DNA of 64,000 bases from Alphaproteobacteria bacterium (GCA_030425805.1 JAUHZC010000001.1:301302-365301); one strand, 5' to 3'. Positions 18,311 through 28,928 are shown, counted from the stretch's first letter. Numbers and translations: made by a program. Notes: generated by a model not told the origin, from the sequence alone.

Positions 18311-19786
18311 ATGCGCTCTTTTATATTTTTTGTATTTATTCTATTTCTTAATTCAATGCAGCTACAAGCTGCTGCTTGTGATTGTTCATCATCGTCAGCA
18401 GAAGAAATTAGCCCAACCCTTGATGGAGAAAAACATGTCCTTGTTCATACCGGCTTTCCGATTCCTTTGTGTGTTGAAGGATGCTCCTGTCAAAAAACAG
18501 TAATGTACAAAGGGGAGGAGTATCCCATCCTATTTCCTCCAGAAATGGATCCACGCTGCCAGATTCAGATTCCTGTATCTCGTTATTCAGGGGGGGGTGG
18601 ATCTTACTGGTGTCTTGATCATCTTGTAACCAATTGGGCAATTCGGGGTGCTGTAGTTCTACACCCTTTACAGCCTGAGCGAATTCTAAGTATGTGCATG
18701 TGGGAAGTTGTTGTAGGGGGCCCAGTCATCCTTGGCCCAGGATCTGTTGTTTACGTCGCAACCCGCTCTGAAGACCCTGAAGCCGTTGGATGGAATGGAA
18801 ATCTCTCTTCTGAAAATGCACCAGATGTTGATTTGTATGACGAGGAAGCTAGGGCTACTTTTAGACTTCCCTTTGAGCATCTTGCTGCCCTTTGCAAATC
18901 AAGAGGTATTACATGCAAAGTGCTTCCTGATACCGAGCCTGTGGAGGAAGACGATACCTGTAATATGTGGCTCTCGCATGAAAGGCTTGTTGAATCTCTT
19001 CTTAGGGAAAATGGCGTATTTCCTCTAAGAATGAAAGGACACTACACCCCTTATACTCCCGCATTCACACCCTCTGGGAAACGTGTTGATCCCTCTTTTT
19101 TGGGGCCCTTCTTAGCTAAATATCCTCATATTTCTGTTGGGGATGATTTCCGGTATGTAAGTGGTCTTGCCTGTCTTCTCCGTGCAACTCAAAAGCTTCG
19201 TAATGCTGCAGAACACGGAGATTATGAACTTGGAAAAATAATCCCAGAGCTTCAGTCTTCTAAAAATGCTTTCAGTTGGCGATTTGCTAATCAAATGATT
19301 ACTCTTGCCCAAAAATATTTTGGGTCCTGCAAAACACTTGCTCCCGACGTTAAGACTCTTGTTCTCAGCCGTTTTCCGGCTCTCCCAGCAAGCGGAGCCT
19401 CAGAAGGATCTCCCAAAGACACAATGCGTATTATCTTGCAAACTGCCTTAGGGCTCAGTCCTGAGGCCATTGAGGACCTCCTCCCGTTTTGGAAAAGCGA
19501 ACTAAGTGAAGAAAATTTCCACATACTCATGCAAGCCTTGGAGATCTATAAACAAAACCTTTCAGGCACAATAACCGCCATGGAAGGAAAAGAAAGGCTG
19601 GCTACTCTCCTTTCTCCCTTGGGCCCTTTAGAAAGTCTTTATGAGACAGAAGAAGTTAGAGAAATAATAGAGCATCCAGAATGGGGGCCCTCCTTAGAAG
19701 ATTGGACGCCCCTACTTGAGCTTCTCCCAGGAGATCTACCTACGTCAGAGGGCACCTCTGCCTCAGCAGCTGCAGCAACAGCTTAA
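18311..19786 (+). CDS. exported Cys-rich orphan protein
   Basis: ATG at 18311 gives the signal peptide MRSFIFFVFILFLNSMQLQA. Cys-rich N-terminal part and a Ser/Ala tail. No family recognised. Confidence 0.6.
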   Translation: MRSFIFFVFILFLNSMQLQAAACDCSSSSAEEISPTLDGEKHVLVHTGFPIPLCVEGCSCQKTVMYKGEEYPILFPPEMDPRCQIQIPVSRYSGGGGSYWCLDHLVTNWAIRGAVVLHPLQPERILSMCMWEVVVGGPVILGPGSVVYVATRSEDPEAVGWNGNLSSENAPDVDLYDEEARATFRLPFEHLAALCKSRGITCKVLPDTEPVEEDDTCNMWLSHERLVESLLRENGVFPLRMKGHYTPYTPAFTPSGKRVDPSFLGPFLAKYPHISVGDDFRYVSGLACLLRATQKLRNAAEHGDYELGKIIPELQSSKNAFSWRFANQMITLAQKYFGSCKTLAPDVKTLVLSRFPALPASGASEGSPKDTMRIILQTALGLSPEAIEDLLPFWKSELSEENFHILMQALEIYKQNLSGTITAMEGKERLATLLSPLGPLESLYETEEVREIIEHPEWGPSLEDWTPLLELLPGDLPTSEGTSASAAAATA

Positions 19787-19789
19787 CTT

Positions 19790-20842
19790 CTATGCTACTT
19801 TCAAATCTGCCAAAAAGGCCTCTACATCCGCTTTCGGAGTATTGAAACTTGCCACGAACCGGTAGACATCTGCCCCAAGAAGTGTCCAAGGATAAAATTG
19901 ATGACCCTTGGCTTCCAGTGTTTCTGCAGTCTTAAGAGGAAGATGGGCAAAGACTTCATTAGCCTGAACAGGGTTATAAAGAGAACACCCTTCACAATTA
20001 GCAATCCCCTCTCCCAATTTTTGAGCCATCTGATTGGCATGGGTCGCATTCTGGCGCCAGAGATCATCCTCCAGAAGGGCATGTATCTGCACAGCCAAGT
20101 ATCGATGCTTAGACGCAAGCTGGCCGAGCTGCTTACGATAGAAAGGCGCATCTTTTGCCTGCTCTGAATTAAAGTACACAATAGCTTCTGCCATCATAGC
20201 CCCATTCTTCGTCCCGCCGAGAGAGAGGACATCCACACCGGCTTTCCACGTCATCTCTGCAGGGGTACAGTTTAAAGCCATGACGGCGTTATAGAACCGC
20301 GCGCCATCCATATGCAGCGGCAAGGCATGCTTTTGACAAACCGCCCCAATCTCCTGGATTTCTTCGAGATCATACACCGTCCCCTCTTCCGTTGCCTGAG
20401 TAATCGTCACACAACCTGGCCGCACATGATGAACCATATGGATTTGAGAATGAGCTACAATCTTTTCAATTCCCTCAGGCGTTAGCTTCCCCAAAAGTCC
20501 AGAAAGAGGAAGGGCTTTCCCCCCAGAGAAAAACTCCGGCATGCCACATTCATCCTGATTTACATGGGCAAATTTGTGACAAATAAAACCTTCAAAGGAC
20601 TTAAGGAGAGACGCAATCGCGACACTGTTCGCCCCAGAGCCATTAAACACAGGGAAAACCTCAAGGGCGTCGTGCTCAAAAAAATCTCGCAGGCGCGCCG
20701 TAAGACCAGCAGAAATCTCATCTGCACCATAAGCTGGAGCATCCCCTTCATTTGCTTTTATAAGAGCCTCTAAAATCTTAGGGTGAACGCCTGAAGTATT
20801 ATCACTTGCAAAATTTGCCATTGTCTCTTTCTCCTTCCACAA
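19790..20842 (-). CDS. ltaE: low-specificity L-threonine aldolase
   Basis: FASDNTSGVHP N-terminus and overall beta-eliminating-lyase/PLP-fold pattern (GGTKNG). Confidence 0.8.
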   Translation of the reverse strand: MWKEKETMANFASDNTSGVHPKILEALIKANEGDAPAYGADEISAGLTARLRDFFEHDALEVFPVFNGSGANSVAIASLLKSFEGFICHKFAHVNQDECGMPEFFSGGKALPLSGLLGKLTPEGIEKIVAHSQIHMVHHVRPGCVTITQATEEGTVYDLEEIQEIGAVCQKHALPLHMDGARFYNAVMALNCTPAEMTWKAGVDVLSLGGTKNGAMMAEAIVYFNSEQAKDAPFYRKQLGQLASKHRYLAVQIHALLEDDLWRQNATHANQMAQKLGEGIANCEGCSLYNPVQANEVFAHLPLKTAETLEAKGHQFYPWTLLGADVYRFVASFNTPKADVEAFLADLKVA

Positions 20843-20872
20843 AAAAAGCCAGGATATAAATCCTGGCTTTTG
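20841..20872 (-). terminator. terminator downstream of tig
   Basis: aaaaAGCCAGGAtataaaTCCTGGCTttt. Confidence 0.75.
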
Positions 20873-20893
20873 AAACAGTCTATAAAAACCAGA

Positions 20894-22207
20894 TTAGCCC
20901 GTGACTTTTGTCACCTCGCCATGAAACGCATCTGCATCCAATTCTTTTTCTTTCACAGCAGCCCCATCAATGATGGCTTGAATAACTTTGTCCTCAAAGA
21001 GCGGTGCGCGAATGTGCTGAATGGCACCAGGATTCTTCTTCAAATGATCGAGAAATTCCTTCTCACGGCCGGGATATTTTGAAGCTTCTTGCAGGATACC
21101 TTGCTGAATTTCTTCATTGGTGACTTCAACCTTTTGCTCCTCAGCAATCTTGTTCAAGACCATACCGAGACGTACCCGACGTAGCGCCAAAGCATTATAT
21201 TCTTTCTTGAGCTCTTCTTGCTCTTTCTCAGACTTAGACAGAACTTCGCCCTTAGACTCCTGGAGCAAACGATCCCAAATTGCTTTGAATTCGTTCTCAA
21301 CCATGGTTGGAGGAACATCAAACTGACAAGCCTTATCAAGGGCATCTAGTGTATGGCGCTTGAGGTGAACAAAGGACCGACGCTCACTGTCTTTTTCCAT
21401 AGAAGAAACGACAGCCTTCTTCAAATCATCCATGTCTTTAAAGCCACGCTTCTTAGCAAACTCATCATCAGCTTTTCCAGCCTCACGGACTTCTTTAATT
21501 TCAACAGCAAAAGTTCCCTTTTGGCCTTGGATATCTTCTCCACCATAATCTTTCGGGAATGTGAAGGAGAATTCATGCTTATCTCCAGCCTTCAACCCCT
21601 TCAAGCCTTTTTGGAAATCATCCAATGTGCCCTTAGAGCCCAAGCGGCAAATGAAGAAATTAGCCTTGTCTTTTTCTTCTTTGTTCACTGTTAGTGTATA
21701 GCTGAGAGCGAGAACATCGCCATCTTTTGCACCGCGGTCTTTGACTTCCTTACCAGAGAGATCCTCGTCCTGCATCCGGCCAACAATGTCTTCAATCGCT
21801 TTTTTTTCATCGATCTTCATTTTAAGCTTTTCAAGCTTGAACTTCTTAAAATCAGGGATCTTAATTTCAGGCATGACCTCAACTTCCATATCAAAAGTGA
21901 TAGATTGGTCTTCATCAAACTTTGTAACCTTGCAGTTTGGACGTACAGCAGGCTCGAGCTTCTTTTCCTCAAGAACCTTTTCGATATGAGACTGTACGGA
22001 GCGCTCTAGGGCTTCGCCTGCAGCTTCTTTTTCAAATTTTTGTTTGAGAACAGCAAGAGGAACTTTCCCCTTCCGGAAGCCTGGGATTGATTTTTGCTCA
22101 CCAAGTTTTGTCAGCGTTGCTTCCAGTTGTTTATTATAAACATCGCCTGGGATTTTAACTTCAAAATGATGGGTGAGACCTTCAACCTTTTTTTCCGTGA
22201 CATTCAT
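20894..22207 (-). CDS. tig: trigger factor
   Basis: Ribosome-binding motif GFRKGKVP, a central FKBP-like region, and about 437 aa. ATG at 22207; the track's TTG is one codon upstream. Confidence 0.95.
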   Translation of the reverse strand: MNVTEKKVEGLTHHFEVKIPGDVYNKQLEATLTKLGEQKSIPGFRKGKVPLAVLKQKFEKEAAGEALERSVQSHIEKVLEEKKLEPAVRPNCKVTKFDEDQSITFDMEVEVMPEIKIPDFKKFKLEKLKMKIDEKKAIEDIVGRMQDEDLSGKEVKDRGAKDGDVLALSYTLTVNKEEKDKANFFICRLGSKGTLDDFQKGLKGLKAGDKHEFSFTFPKDYGGEDIQGQKGTFAVEIKEVREAGKADDEFAKKRGFKDMDDLKKAVVSSMEKDSERRSFVHLKRHTLDALDKACQFDVPPTMVENEFKAIWDRLLQESKGEVLSKSEKEQEELKKEYNALALRRVRLGMVLNKIAEEQKVEVTNEEIQQGILQEASKYPGREKEFLDHLKKNPGAIQHIRAPLFEDKVIQAIIDGAAVKEKELDADAFHGEVTKVTG

Positions 22208-22231
22208 CAATATGCATTCCTAATTCTTTAA

Positions 22232-22316
22232 TGGTACGGGTGGAGGGACTTGAACCCCCACGTCATAAGACACTAGATCCTAAGTCTAGCGCGTCTACCA
22301 ATTCCGCCACACCCGC
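22232..22316 (-). tRNA. tRNA-Leu (TAG)
   Basis: Hand fold: GCGGGTG acceptor, long variable arm, anticodon loop CTTAGGA, T loop GGTTCAAGTCC, and encoded CCA. Confidence 0.85.
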
Positions 22317-22368
22317 ACAGATCTGCCAGTATTAATAGGTGAATTTATCTCCAGCGTCAAAGACTTTT

Positions 22369-23568
22369 CTACACTTTCTTGGAACGATAAGCACGAAGCG
22401 CCAAGATGCTCATGATTGTTAAGAGAAGGCAGGCAATTCCCATGTCCAAAATTGTGCTTTCACGAACGAGAAATCCCATCCCGGCCCCAAGTGCAGCTGA
22501 GACATTTCTAAAGAAACTAACAAAGGAAGCTGCCGCACCCCGGTTATTGGGAAAACACTCCATTGCCAATGCCATTCCTGGACCAAAGATAAAAGCCATC
22601 CCAAAAATATAGATAAGCTGGGTTCCTGCCACACTCCAAGCCCCCTCTGTTCCCGAGAGGCCGTTTAAAATATGAAGAACAGAAGCCAATACAGTAAAGG
22701 AAAGCCCGAGCTTCAGGCAACTATGAATCCCAAATCGCGCAATAAGTTTTCGATTAATGAGCGATCCAAAAACATAGCCACTCACGATCAGTGTTGAGAA
22801 CAACCCATAAGTGTCTGGATCAACATTATAGTGCCTTTGGAACAAAACACTGCTCACGACAATGTATCCCCAAGCTGCTCCAAAAATACCAGCAATCATA
22901 AGGTTTGCACTGAGGAAATTTCGAGACTTCAACATCCCGAACATTTCCCGAAGCTGTTTAAAAAGAGGGGTCCGGTTGGGGGTAAAATTTGTTTCCACAG
23001 CTTTTGCAGCTGACATCGCAAGGCTTGCCACACATAGGGCAAAAATCACCCAGAAGCTCATCCGCCAACCATAATGCACCTCGATCACCCCTCCCAAAGC
23101 AGGCGCCAGTGCAGGTGTTAGCGCAATAATAGCTCCATTTGTACTCATCATTTTTGCATTTTCTTCTGGGGTGAGCATCTCTGTTTGTAGGGCAAGGGGG
23201 ACAACCCCAGTGACACCCGATCCAATCCCCTGAAAAAAACGACAGATAAGAAGTGTTGTAATGGAGTCTGTCATAGGGGCAAGGAAGCTGAAAAAAGTAA
23301 AAATCCCAAGCCCTATCATTAAAATGATACGTCGCCCATGCATATCAGAGAGAATTCCATAGATTGGAGCACTTAAAACCACTCCCCAAAAGAAGAAACC
23401 AACCGTGCTTTGCACCGCTTCATGGCTCACAGCAAGATCACGGGCCATTGAGGGGAAGCTTGGAACATAGAGATCAGTTGCCGCAATTCCGGTAGAAACG
23501 ACAAGAATGATCATGGCCTGAATGGCACCAAAGGAGAGCCTCGGTTGAGACTGATCCACCTGATTCAT
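22369..23568 (-). CDS. MFS transporter, Bcr/CflA-like
   Basis: About 12 TM helices, with motif A GILSDMHGRRIILMIG. Confidence 0.8.
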   Translation of the reverse strand: MNQVDQSQPRLSFGAIQAMIILVVSTGIAATDLYVPSFPSMARDLAVSHEAVQSTVGFFFWGVVLSAPIYGILSDMHGRRIILMIGLGIFTFFSFLAPMTDSITTLLICRFFQGIGSGVTGVVPLALQTEMLTPEENAKMMSTNGAIIALTPALAPALGGVIEVHYGWRMSFWVIFALCVASLAMSAAKAVETNFTPNRTPLFKQLREMFGMLKSRNFLSANLMIAGIFGAAWGYIVVSSVLFQRHYNVDPDTYGLFSTLIVSGYVFGSLINRKLIARFGIHSCLKLGLSFTVLASVLHILNGLSGTEGAWSVAGTQLIYIFGMAFIFGPGMALAMECFPNNRGAAASFVSFFRNVSAALGAGMGFLVRESTILDMGIACLLLTIMSILALRAYRSKKV

Positions 23569-23592
23569 AAATCAACTTTCTAGGGAGAATCC

Positions 23593-24339
23593 CTATTGAT
23601 CAGAGTTGTGAATAATACGATGGATAATAACGGCTAAAATGGCCCCTGCAAAGGGGAAAGTTACAAAAAACCAAAGCTGTTGCAGGGGATCTTTATCAAC
23701 CATATAAGCTGCTCCAGCGGCCCGAAGAGGGTTAACAGCCCCATTCGTAAGAGGAACAGCTAAAACAAGGGCTGCACTGTAGGCAAGGCCCTTTGTCAGC
23801 CCTTTCATGCTCTCTGGGAAATTTGGTGTCTCTGAAGCAATATAGGCATAGGTGAGAAGCCCTGCCCCCATCACCTCTACAAAAGCACATGCTGTTGAAG
23901 AAAATCCATTATTTCCAAGCCCGCGATCAAAGAGATTTCCAATTGCTGTAAACATCTCCATATTATAGGTCTCATTCCCTTGGAAAATGAGCTGCACAGC
24001 AAAAACCGAAGCCGCACATCCAAGAATTTGACCGACAATATATACAGGCAGATGCATCACCCGAATATCTCCTGTCAGCATTAACCCAAGGCTCACAGCT
24101 GGATTAAAGTGCCCCCCAGAAATTGGCCCCATAGCTTGGGTTAAAACAATCAAAATAACCCCAAATAAAAGCCCTTGTTGAAGAGGCGGATAAGCTGACA
24201 TAGATACGGCACTCGCTACCTCTTGGGCCTGGGGGCTAGGATTAAATGCAAGCATCAGCGCTCCCAAACCAATGGTCAGGAAGAAAAATGTGCCGAAAGC
24301 TTCAGCCATAAAAATTTTAAGGGGGTGAACTTCGTTCAT
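23593..24339 (-). CDS. MIP-family channel (aquaporin-like)
   Basis: The first loop is GGHFNPAVSLG. The second loop reads NGAVNPLRAAG, that is NPL instead of NPA. ATG at 24339. Confidence 0.85.
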   Translation of the reverse strand: MNEVHPLKIFMAEAFGTFFFLTIGLGALMLAFNPSPQAQEVASAVSMSAYPPLQQGLLFGVILIVLTQAMGPISGGHFNPAVSLGLMLTGDIRVMHLPVYIVGQILGCAASVFAVQLIFQGNETYNMEMFTAIGNLFDRGLGNNGFSSTACAFVEVMGAGLLTYAYIASETPNFPESMKGLTKGLAYSAALVLAVPLTNGAVNPLRAAGAAYMVDKDPLQQLWFFVTFPFAGAILAVIIHRIIHNSDQ

Positions 24340-24450
24340 AAAAACCTCTCTGTTATTGCTTTTCTTAAAATTTAACATAATTTTTAAAAAAGAACCATTC
24401 GATCTTTTAAGACCGCGATGATATTCTATCCCCCAATGTAGGAGTGTCCC

Positions 24451-25266
24451 ATGTCTAATTCCTTAAAAGTTGGTCTTATTGGTGCAAGCGGCCGGATGGG
24501 CCTTGCCCTCCAAACAGGTCTTTTAAAAAATCCTGACCTCTACTCACCTGTTCACCTTATTGAACGTCAAGGCTCCACCCAGCTTGGGAAAGTTTCCCAT
24601 GTGAACCTCCCCTACGAAACCCTTGAGCAAGTCAACCCCAAGGACGCACAGGTCTGGATTGACTTCTCCCTCCCCACCACTTTGGTAGAAACCCTTGCAT
24701 GGCTCGACAAAGCTCCTAAAACAACAGCTTATGTTTTAGGTGTTACAGGACTAAGTTCAACTCAAATGGATCAGCTTGAGAAGTTGAGCCATGAGCGCCC
24801 CATCTTCTACAGCACCAATATGTCCACAGGAATTGCAATTCTTAACCGTCTTGCTCCTCTCGTGATGCAAATGGCAGGAGACCCTCTCGAAATTGAGATC
24901 GACGAAATCCACCATAATCAAAAAATTGACCAACCCTCGGGAACAGCTCTCACCTTGGCTCATACAATTCTTGAGGCTTGGGGCATTCCTCCAAAAGATC
25001 GGGAAGCTCACCTTCTCAGTGGATATTCACAGAAGAAGGGTAAAGGAGAAAAGGTTGTGCATTGTATTTCTCACCGCCGGGGCCAATGGGCTGGTGAACA
25101 TACAGTGCACTTTGCCACAGACCAAGAGGAAATCAGCTTGAAGCACGTGGCCCACAATCGATCTGCCTTTGCAAAGGGCGCCCTTCAAGCTGCCCGCTGG
25201 GTTTCTCAAAAAGGTCCAGGCCTCTATTCCATTGACGATATGTTGCATGAGCGCTTGGGGCGGTGA
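24451..25266 (+). CDS. dapB: 4-hydroxy-tetrahydrodipicolinate reductase
   Basis: GASGRMG dinucleotide motif and EIHHNQKIDQPSGTAL. Confidence 0.9.
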   Translation: MSNSLKVGLIGASGRMGLALQTGLLKNPDLYSPVHLIERQGSTQLGKVSHVNLPYETLEQVNPKDAQVWIDFSLPTTLVETLAWLDKAPKTTAYVLGVTGLSSTQMDQLEKLSHERPIFYSTNMSTGIAILNRLAPLVMQMAGDPLEIEIDEIHHNQKIDQPSGTALTLAHTILEAWGIPPKDREAHLLSGYSQKKGKGEKVVHCISHRRGQWAGEHTVHFATDQEEISLKHVAHNRSAFAKGALQAARWVSQKGPGLYSIDDMLHERLGR

Positions 25267-25697
25267 TGAAGTTTTTAGAGGGTTTTTCCGATATCCCGTT
25301 TGAGGAAATCATTGATCTCTACGCAAGCGTTGGGTGGGACGCCTATGGCCAAGCACCAGAAAGGCTCAAAAAAGCTTTTGAAAATTCAACCTATAGCCTC
25401 TTTTGCTACGAGGGCTCTAACCTGGTTGGCCTTGCAAGAAGCATTTCTGATGACGCCTATGTACATTTCCTCAAAGACCTAATCGTGAAACCCTCAGCAC
25501 AACGGAAAGGATATGGCACACACCTTATTCAAAAATGCCATGAGCGCTTTTCACATGTGAGGATACATGTCCTTTTGACAGAAGATACAGAACGCCAAAA
25601 AGAGTTCTACAAAACCGTGGGATACCACAACGTTGCGGAACTCAAAAGCCCTAAGCTTAATGCATTTTTAAAAACAGATGAAATTGCTTTGGAGTAA
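25263..25697 (+). CDS. GNAT-family N-acetyltransferase
   Basis: Acetyl-CoA loop QRKGYGTHLI. 144 aa, with a 4-nt overlap with dapB. Confidence 0.8.
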   Translation: MMKFLEGFSDIPFEEIIDLYASVGWDAYGQAPERLKKAFENSTYSLFCYEGSNLVGLARSISDDAYVHFLKDLIVKPSAQRKGYGTHLIQKCHERFSHVRIHVLLTEDTERQKEFYKTVGYHNVAELKSPKLNAFLKTDEIALE

Positions 25698-25726
25698 GCT
25701 TTAGTAGCCTTTTCCCCAAGAGCTCA

Positions 25727-25752
25727 TAAAAAAAGCCCCATTTCTGGGGCTT
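25727..25752. terminator. bidirectional terminator
   Basis: aaaaaaAGCCCCAtttcTGGGGCTt lies between convergent genes. Confidence 0.7.
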
Positions 25753-25776
25753 GTCTATAGTCTTTTCTAAAAAAGA

Positions 25777-26505
25777 TTATTCTTTTTTGGGCTTATTCAA
25801 AAGAGGCTTAACCACTTTTCCATATGCTTTTCTTGCTTTTTTGTAACCTTTTTCATGGGGCATTATACCATCTGAGGCATTCAAAAATTCAAGCGCAGTC
25901 TTCACAAATGTATCTAGGTTTTGGCCCGGATTTTTCAAACGTTCTAAATCTTGACCAAGGTAAAACAAATCACCTGGCGCAGGATCATTTGGCCTAATTC
26001 CAAAAACTTCTCCGAGCTTGTCTCGAACTTTTAAATCACCAATTTTTTGAGAAATAGGCTTTAATTCCTTAGTAAGCTTACCCTCTTCTTCCATAGCATC
26101 CAAAACTTTTGCCTGCTCTGGATATTTTTCACGAACAGCGTCCTCTATTTTTTTATCAGCTTCCTTAGCCTCTTCTGGAGAAAGCTGCCCCATCTTTTCG
26201 GGAGAGTAGCCAAGCTCTTTCATGACTTCCACCATTTTTCCAAAAGCTTCTTGTTTCTTTTCCATAGGAAATTTCTCCGAAGCCTCTTTAATTTTTTTAT
26301 CAAGCTCAGCCTTCTCTGCCACTAACTTGGCTTTCTCACCTAGAACTTTCTTTAACTCTGCAACCGCAGCCTTATCTAGCTTATAACGTGCTTCTGCAGG
26401 TTTTGCCGCTTCAGTCTCTGTTTCTTTTTTTTCTGCTGGAGTTGCCTGAGCTGTTGTCGCAAGTGCCCCCAACACAAAGGCTTTTATAAGAATATTGTTT
26501 TTCAT
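25777..26505 (-). CDS. exported K/E-rich helical orphan protein
   Basis: ATG at 26505 gives the signal peptide MKNNILIKAFVLGALATTAQA. Confidence 0.55.
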   Translation of the reverse strand: MKNNILIKAFVLGALATTAQATPAEKKETETEAAKPAEARYKLDKAAVAELKKVLGEKAKLVAEKAELDKKIKEASEKFPMEKKQEAFGKMVEVMKELGYSPEKMGQLSPEEAKEADKKIEDAVREKYPEQAKVLDAMEEEGKLTKELKPISQKIGDLKVRDKLGEVFGIRPNDPAPGDLFYLGQDLERLKNPGQNLDTFVKTALEFLNASDGIMPHEKGYKKARKAYGKVVKPLLNKPKKE

Positions 26506-26571
26506 AATAACTCCATTAACTATGTTAACAATTATGAACAAAATTCATTAAATAACTGTGAATGGACACAT

Positions 26572-26597
26572 AAAAAACCCCAGAAACAGGGTTTTTT
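26572..26597 (-). terminator. weak hairpin downstream of the fabI relic
   Basis: aaaaccc(c agaaaca)gggtttt. The stem is AT-rich and there is no live gene upstream of it on the minus strand. Confidence 0.3.
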
Positions 26598-26625
26598 CAT
26601 TCTTCATTCTTAAAATTTGAGAAGC

Positions 26626-26700
26626 TTAAACGACTGAAATATCAGGAGCATCAACAGCCTTCATACTAATAAAACCATCGCCTCTGCAGGCGCTCCATAG
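26626..26700 (-). pseudogene. relic of a fabI 3' end
   Basis: 26636-26669 matches the live fabI 3' end (30649-30682) at about 30 of 33 nt. The minus-strand reading ..DGFISMKAVDAPDISVV* compares with live FabI ..SGYHVVGMKAVDAPDISVA*. Confidence 0.7.
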
Positions 26701-26939
26701 TATTTCATCTTGATGGGTTTGATATCCCTCTTTTATAGCATTTTAAAAGCTAAAAACGCATTTTAGGAAAAAAATTTTTCTGACACAATAAAAAAGTAAA
26801 ATTACAATCTATTTGTTATAAAAACCAAAAAATCCCTAGATCTTCGAAAGCAGTAATGATTTCATAAGATATGTTTCCATAAAACATGACCATTAGACTC
26901 TGATAATTAACGCTATAAAAACTCAGTCAGGATGTTAGG

Positions 26940-27761
26940 ATGAAAAGTTATCAAAAACAGATTATAAATAGATTACATGCATCTATTGAAAGAGATGAAA
27001 CGCCAATAGTTTTTCTAGAAGGGGGGCATTTTGATCCCCGCCTTGGCCCAGATGCTTTTTCAGAAAACTCCCTACAAGAAGCCCTTGATTTTGGCTTTAT
27101 GCTGATGAAAATGTTTTCATCAAAGATCCGTATTGTCCTCGGCTTGCTTGTCGATGACCTTGGACTAGAGTGTGGAGGTGAAACCTGCTCTATTGGGGAA
27201 AAATCACCTTCTGCACAGATCTCTAGTGTGGAAGATTTACCTTCCAACCTCCGAAAAACTCTTGAAAAAAGCCCTCTATTCAAAGCGCCTCGATTCCTGA
27301 TTTTTTCAGAACGAGCTGCAAAGAACCGGGCTATCAAAACACTGCGAAAAATCCAAAAAGAGAAAAAAAACATTGTGGATCAAGAAAGAGTTGAAGGAAA
27401 AACAAAGCTTTCTTTTTTAATGCCCTCTGGCGAGTCCGTTCTGCTTGCTGAACAAGAGGGGGAGGTTTTCCGTGCAAAGTGCCCCTCAATTATGGGACAA
27501 CATTATCGGGATTGCCTTAAAAAAGCATACGAACGCTTCCCTGAAATGCATTCTTTTTTCATCGTTGATTACTCTGAAATGATTGATAAATCTAAAGTTG
27601 TCGCCGGAGCAAATGGAGCAGGCAAGGTTTTTATCCAAGAAAAAGGCTCCGTAGATCTCTTTATCATGAATGTTTTCTATATTGACGAAGAAGGAAGCAT
27701 GTTAATGCATGAGGAACACCATTTCCCTTCCTCCGAATTTTCAAAACAGGAGGCTGCATAG
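26940..27761 (+). CDS. orphan protein, first gene of a 3-gene operon
   Basis: 273 aa. Its stop abuts the next start (TAGATG). No family recognised. Confidence 0.6.
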   Translation: MKSYQKQIINRLHASIERDETPIVFLEGGHFDPRLGPDAFSENSLQEALDFGFMLMKMFSSKIRIVLGLLVDDLGLECGGETCSIGEKSPSAQISSVEDLPSNLRKTLEKSPLFKAPRFLIFSERAAKNRAIKTLRKIQKEKKNIVDQERVEGKTKLSFLMPSGESVLLAEQEGEVFRAKCPSIMGQHYRDCLKKAYERFPEMHSFFIVDYSEMIDKSKVVAGANGAGKVFIQEKGSVDLFIMNVFYIDEEGSMLMHEEHHFPSSEFSKQEAA

Positions 27762-28928
27762 ATGTCTGCTCCTCAAAATGTGACATATCTTGATTATGGT
27801 GCAACAACCCCTATTGATCCCAGTGTGATAGAGGCAGTAACTGAATCCATGAAGGTGCATTATGGGAATCCTGCTTCATCAACACACCGTATAGGTTGGC
27901 AATCTCTACACCTTCTAGAGGAGTGCCGCCAAAAGATTGCCGACATGATTGGGGCAAACGAAAAGCAAATTATCTTTAATTCAGGAGCAACTGAAGCAAA
28001 CAATACAATTCTCACAGCCATTGCCAAAAAATTTTCCCGTGAGGGCTGTCACATCATTACGACAGAGATAGAACATAAATGCATCTTGCAACGATGCCAA
28101 CGTCTTGCAAAAGAAGGGTGCAAAGTTTCCTATTTACCAGTTGATTGCAGTGGTCACGTTGTAATTGAAGAACTTTTAAATCTTATCACTCCTGAAACCC
28201 GGCTAATTTCTATCATGGGTGTTAATAATGAGACAGGGGTCATTCAGGACTTGAAGAAAGCCTCAGAAATTGCCCAGAAGCACAATATCTTACTCCATTC
28301 AGACTGTGCCCAAATGGTCGGAAAGCACCCCTTAAGCGTTCAAGACATTCCTTTAGATTTTGTAAGCCTGTCAGGACATAAATTTTACGGCCCAAAGGGT
28401 GTAGGCGCCTTATATGCACGAGACATCTCACTTCTTCAGGCCCACCCTCTTCTCCTCGGTGGCGGGCAAGAAGCGGGCACGCGTTCTGGAACAGTTAATC
28501 TCCCAGGAATCATAGGATTTGCAAAGGCAGCTGAAATTATTATGGAAGGCCTTGAAAAAGAAATTATATCCCTCTCAAAGATGAAAGCTGATTTAGTTGC
28601 TCAGCTTCAGACTCGTTTCCCACAGATTGTGTTAAATGGAAACCCTGCTCCAGGAAAAACAGTTCCAGGCACATTGAATTTTCGAATTCCTGGGTTAGCC
28701 TCAAAGGAGCTAATGGCTGTAATGAAGGGCTCTCTTGCAATCAGCACTGGATCAGCATGCACATCAGTTTCTCAGGAACCAAGCCATGTGCTCCAAGCTA
28801 TGGGTTGTGACCGAGACGCTTGTGCAGAGTCTATCAGACTCAGCTTTGGACGTTTTACAACTCCTGAAGACCTTTCTTTTGCCCTAGATAAAATTTCACA
28901 GGCTGCTAAAAAACTAGGCATAGGATAA
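27762..28928 (+). CDS. cysteine desulfurase (class V aminotransferase, NifS/IscS-like)
   Basis: PLP-lysine motif SGHKFYGPKGVGALY and catalytic Cys loop STGSACTS. Confidence 0.9.
   Translation: MSAPQNVTYLDYGATTPIDPSVIEAVTESMKVHYGNPASSTHRIGWQSLHLLEECRQKIADMIGANEKQIIFNSGATEANNTILTAIAKKFSREGCHIITTEIEHKCILQRCQRLAKEGCKVSYLPVDCSGHVVIEELLNLITPETRLISIMGVNNETGVIQDLKKASEIAQKHNILLHSDCAQMVGKHPLSVQDIPLDFVSLSGHKFYGPKGVGALYARDISLLQAHPLLLGGGQEAGTRSGTVNLPGIIGFAKAAEIIMEGLEKEIISLSKMKADLVAQLQTRFPQIVLNGNPAPGKTVPGTLNFRIPGLASKELMAVMKGSLAISTGSACTSVSQEPSHVLQAMGCDRDACAESIRLSFGRFTTPEDLSFALDKISQAAKKLGIG

Noticed and set aside
17823-19786. tRNA-His as the integration site of an island carrying the 18311 orphan
   Set aside because: The orphan lies on the 5' side of the tRNA. 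There is no tRNA 3'-end duplicate and no integrase. Only the REP-like hairpins lie in between.
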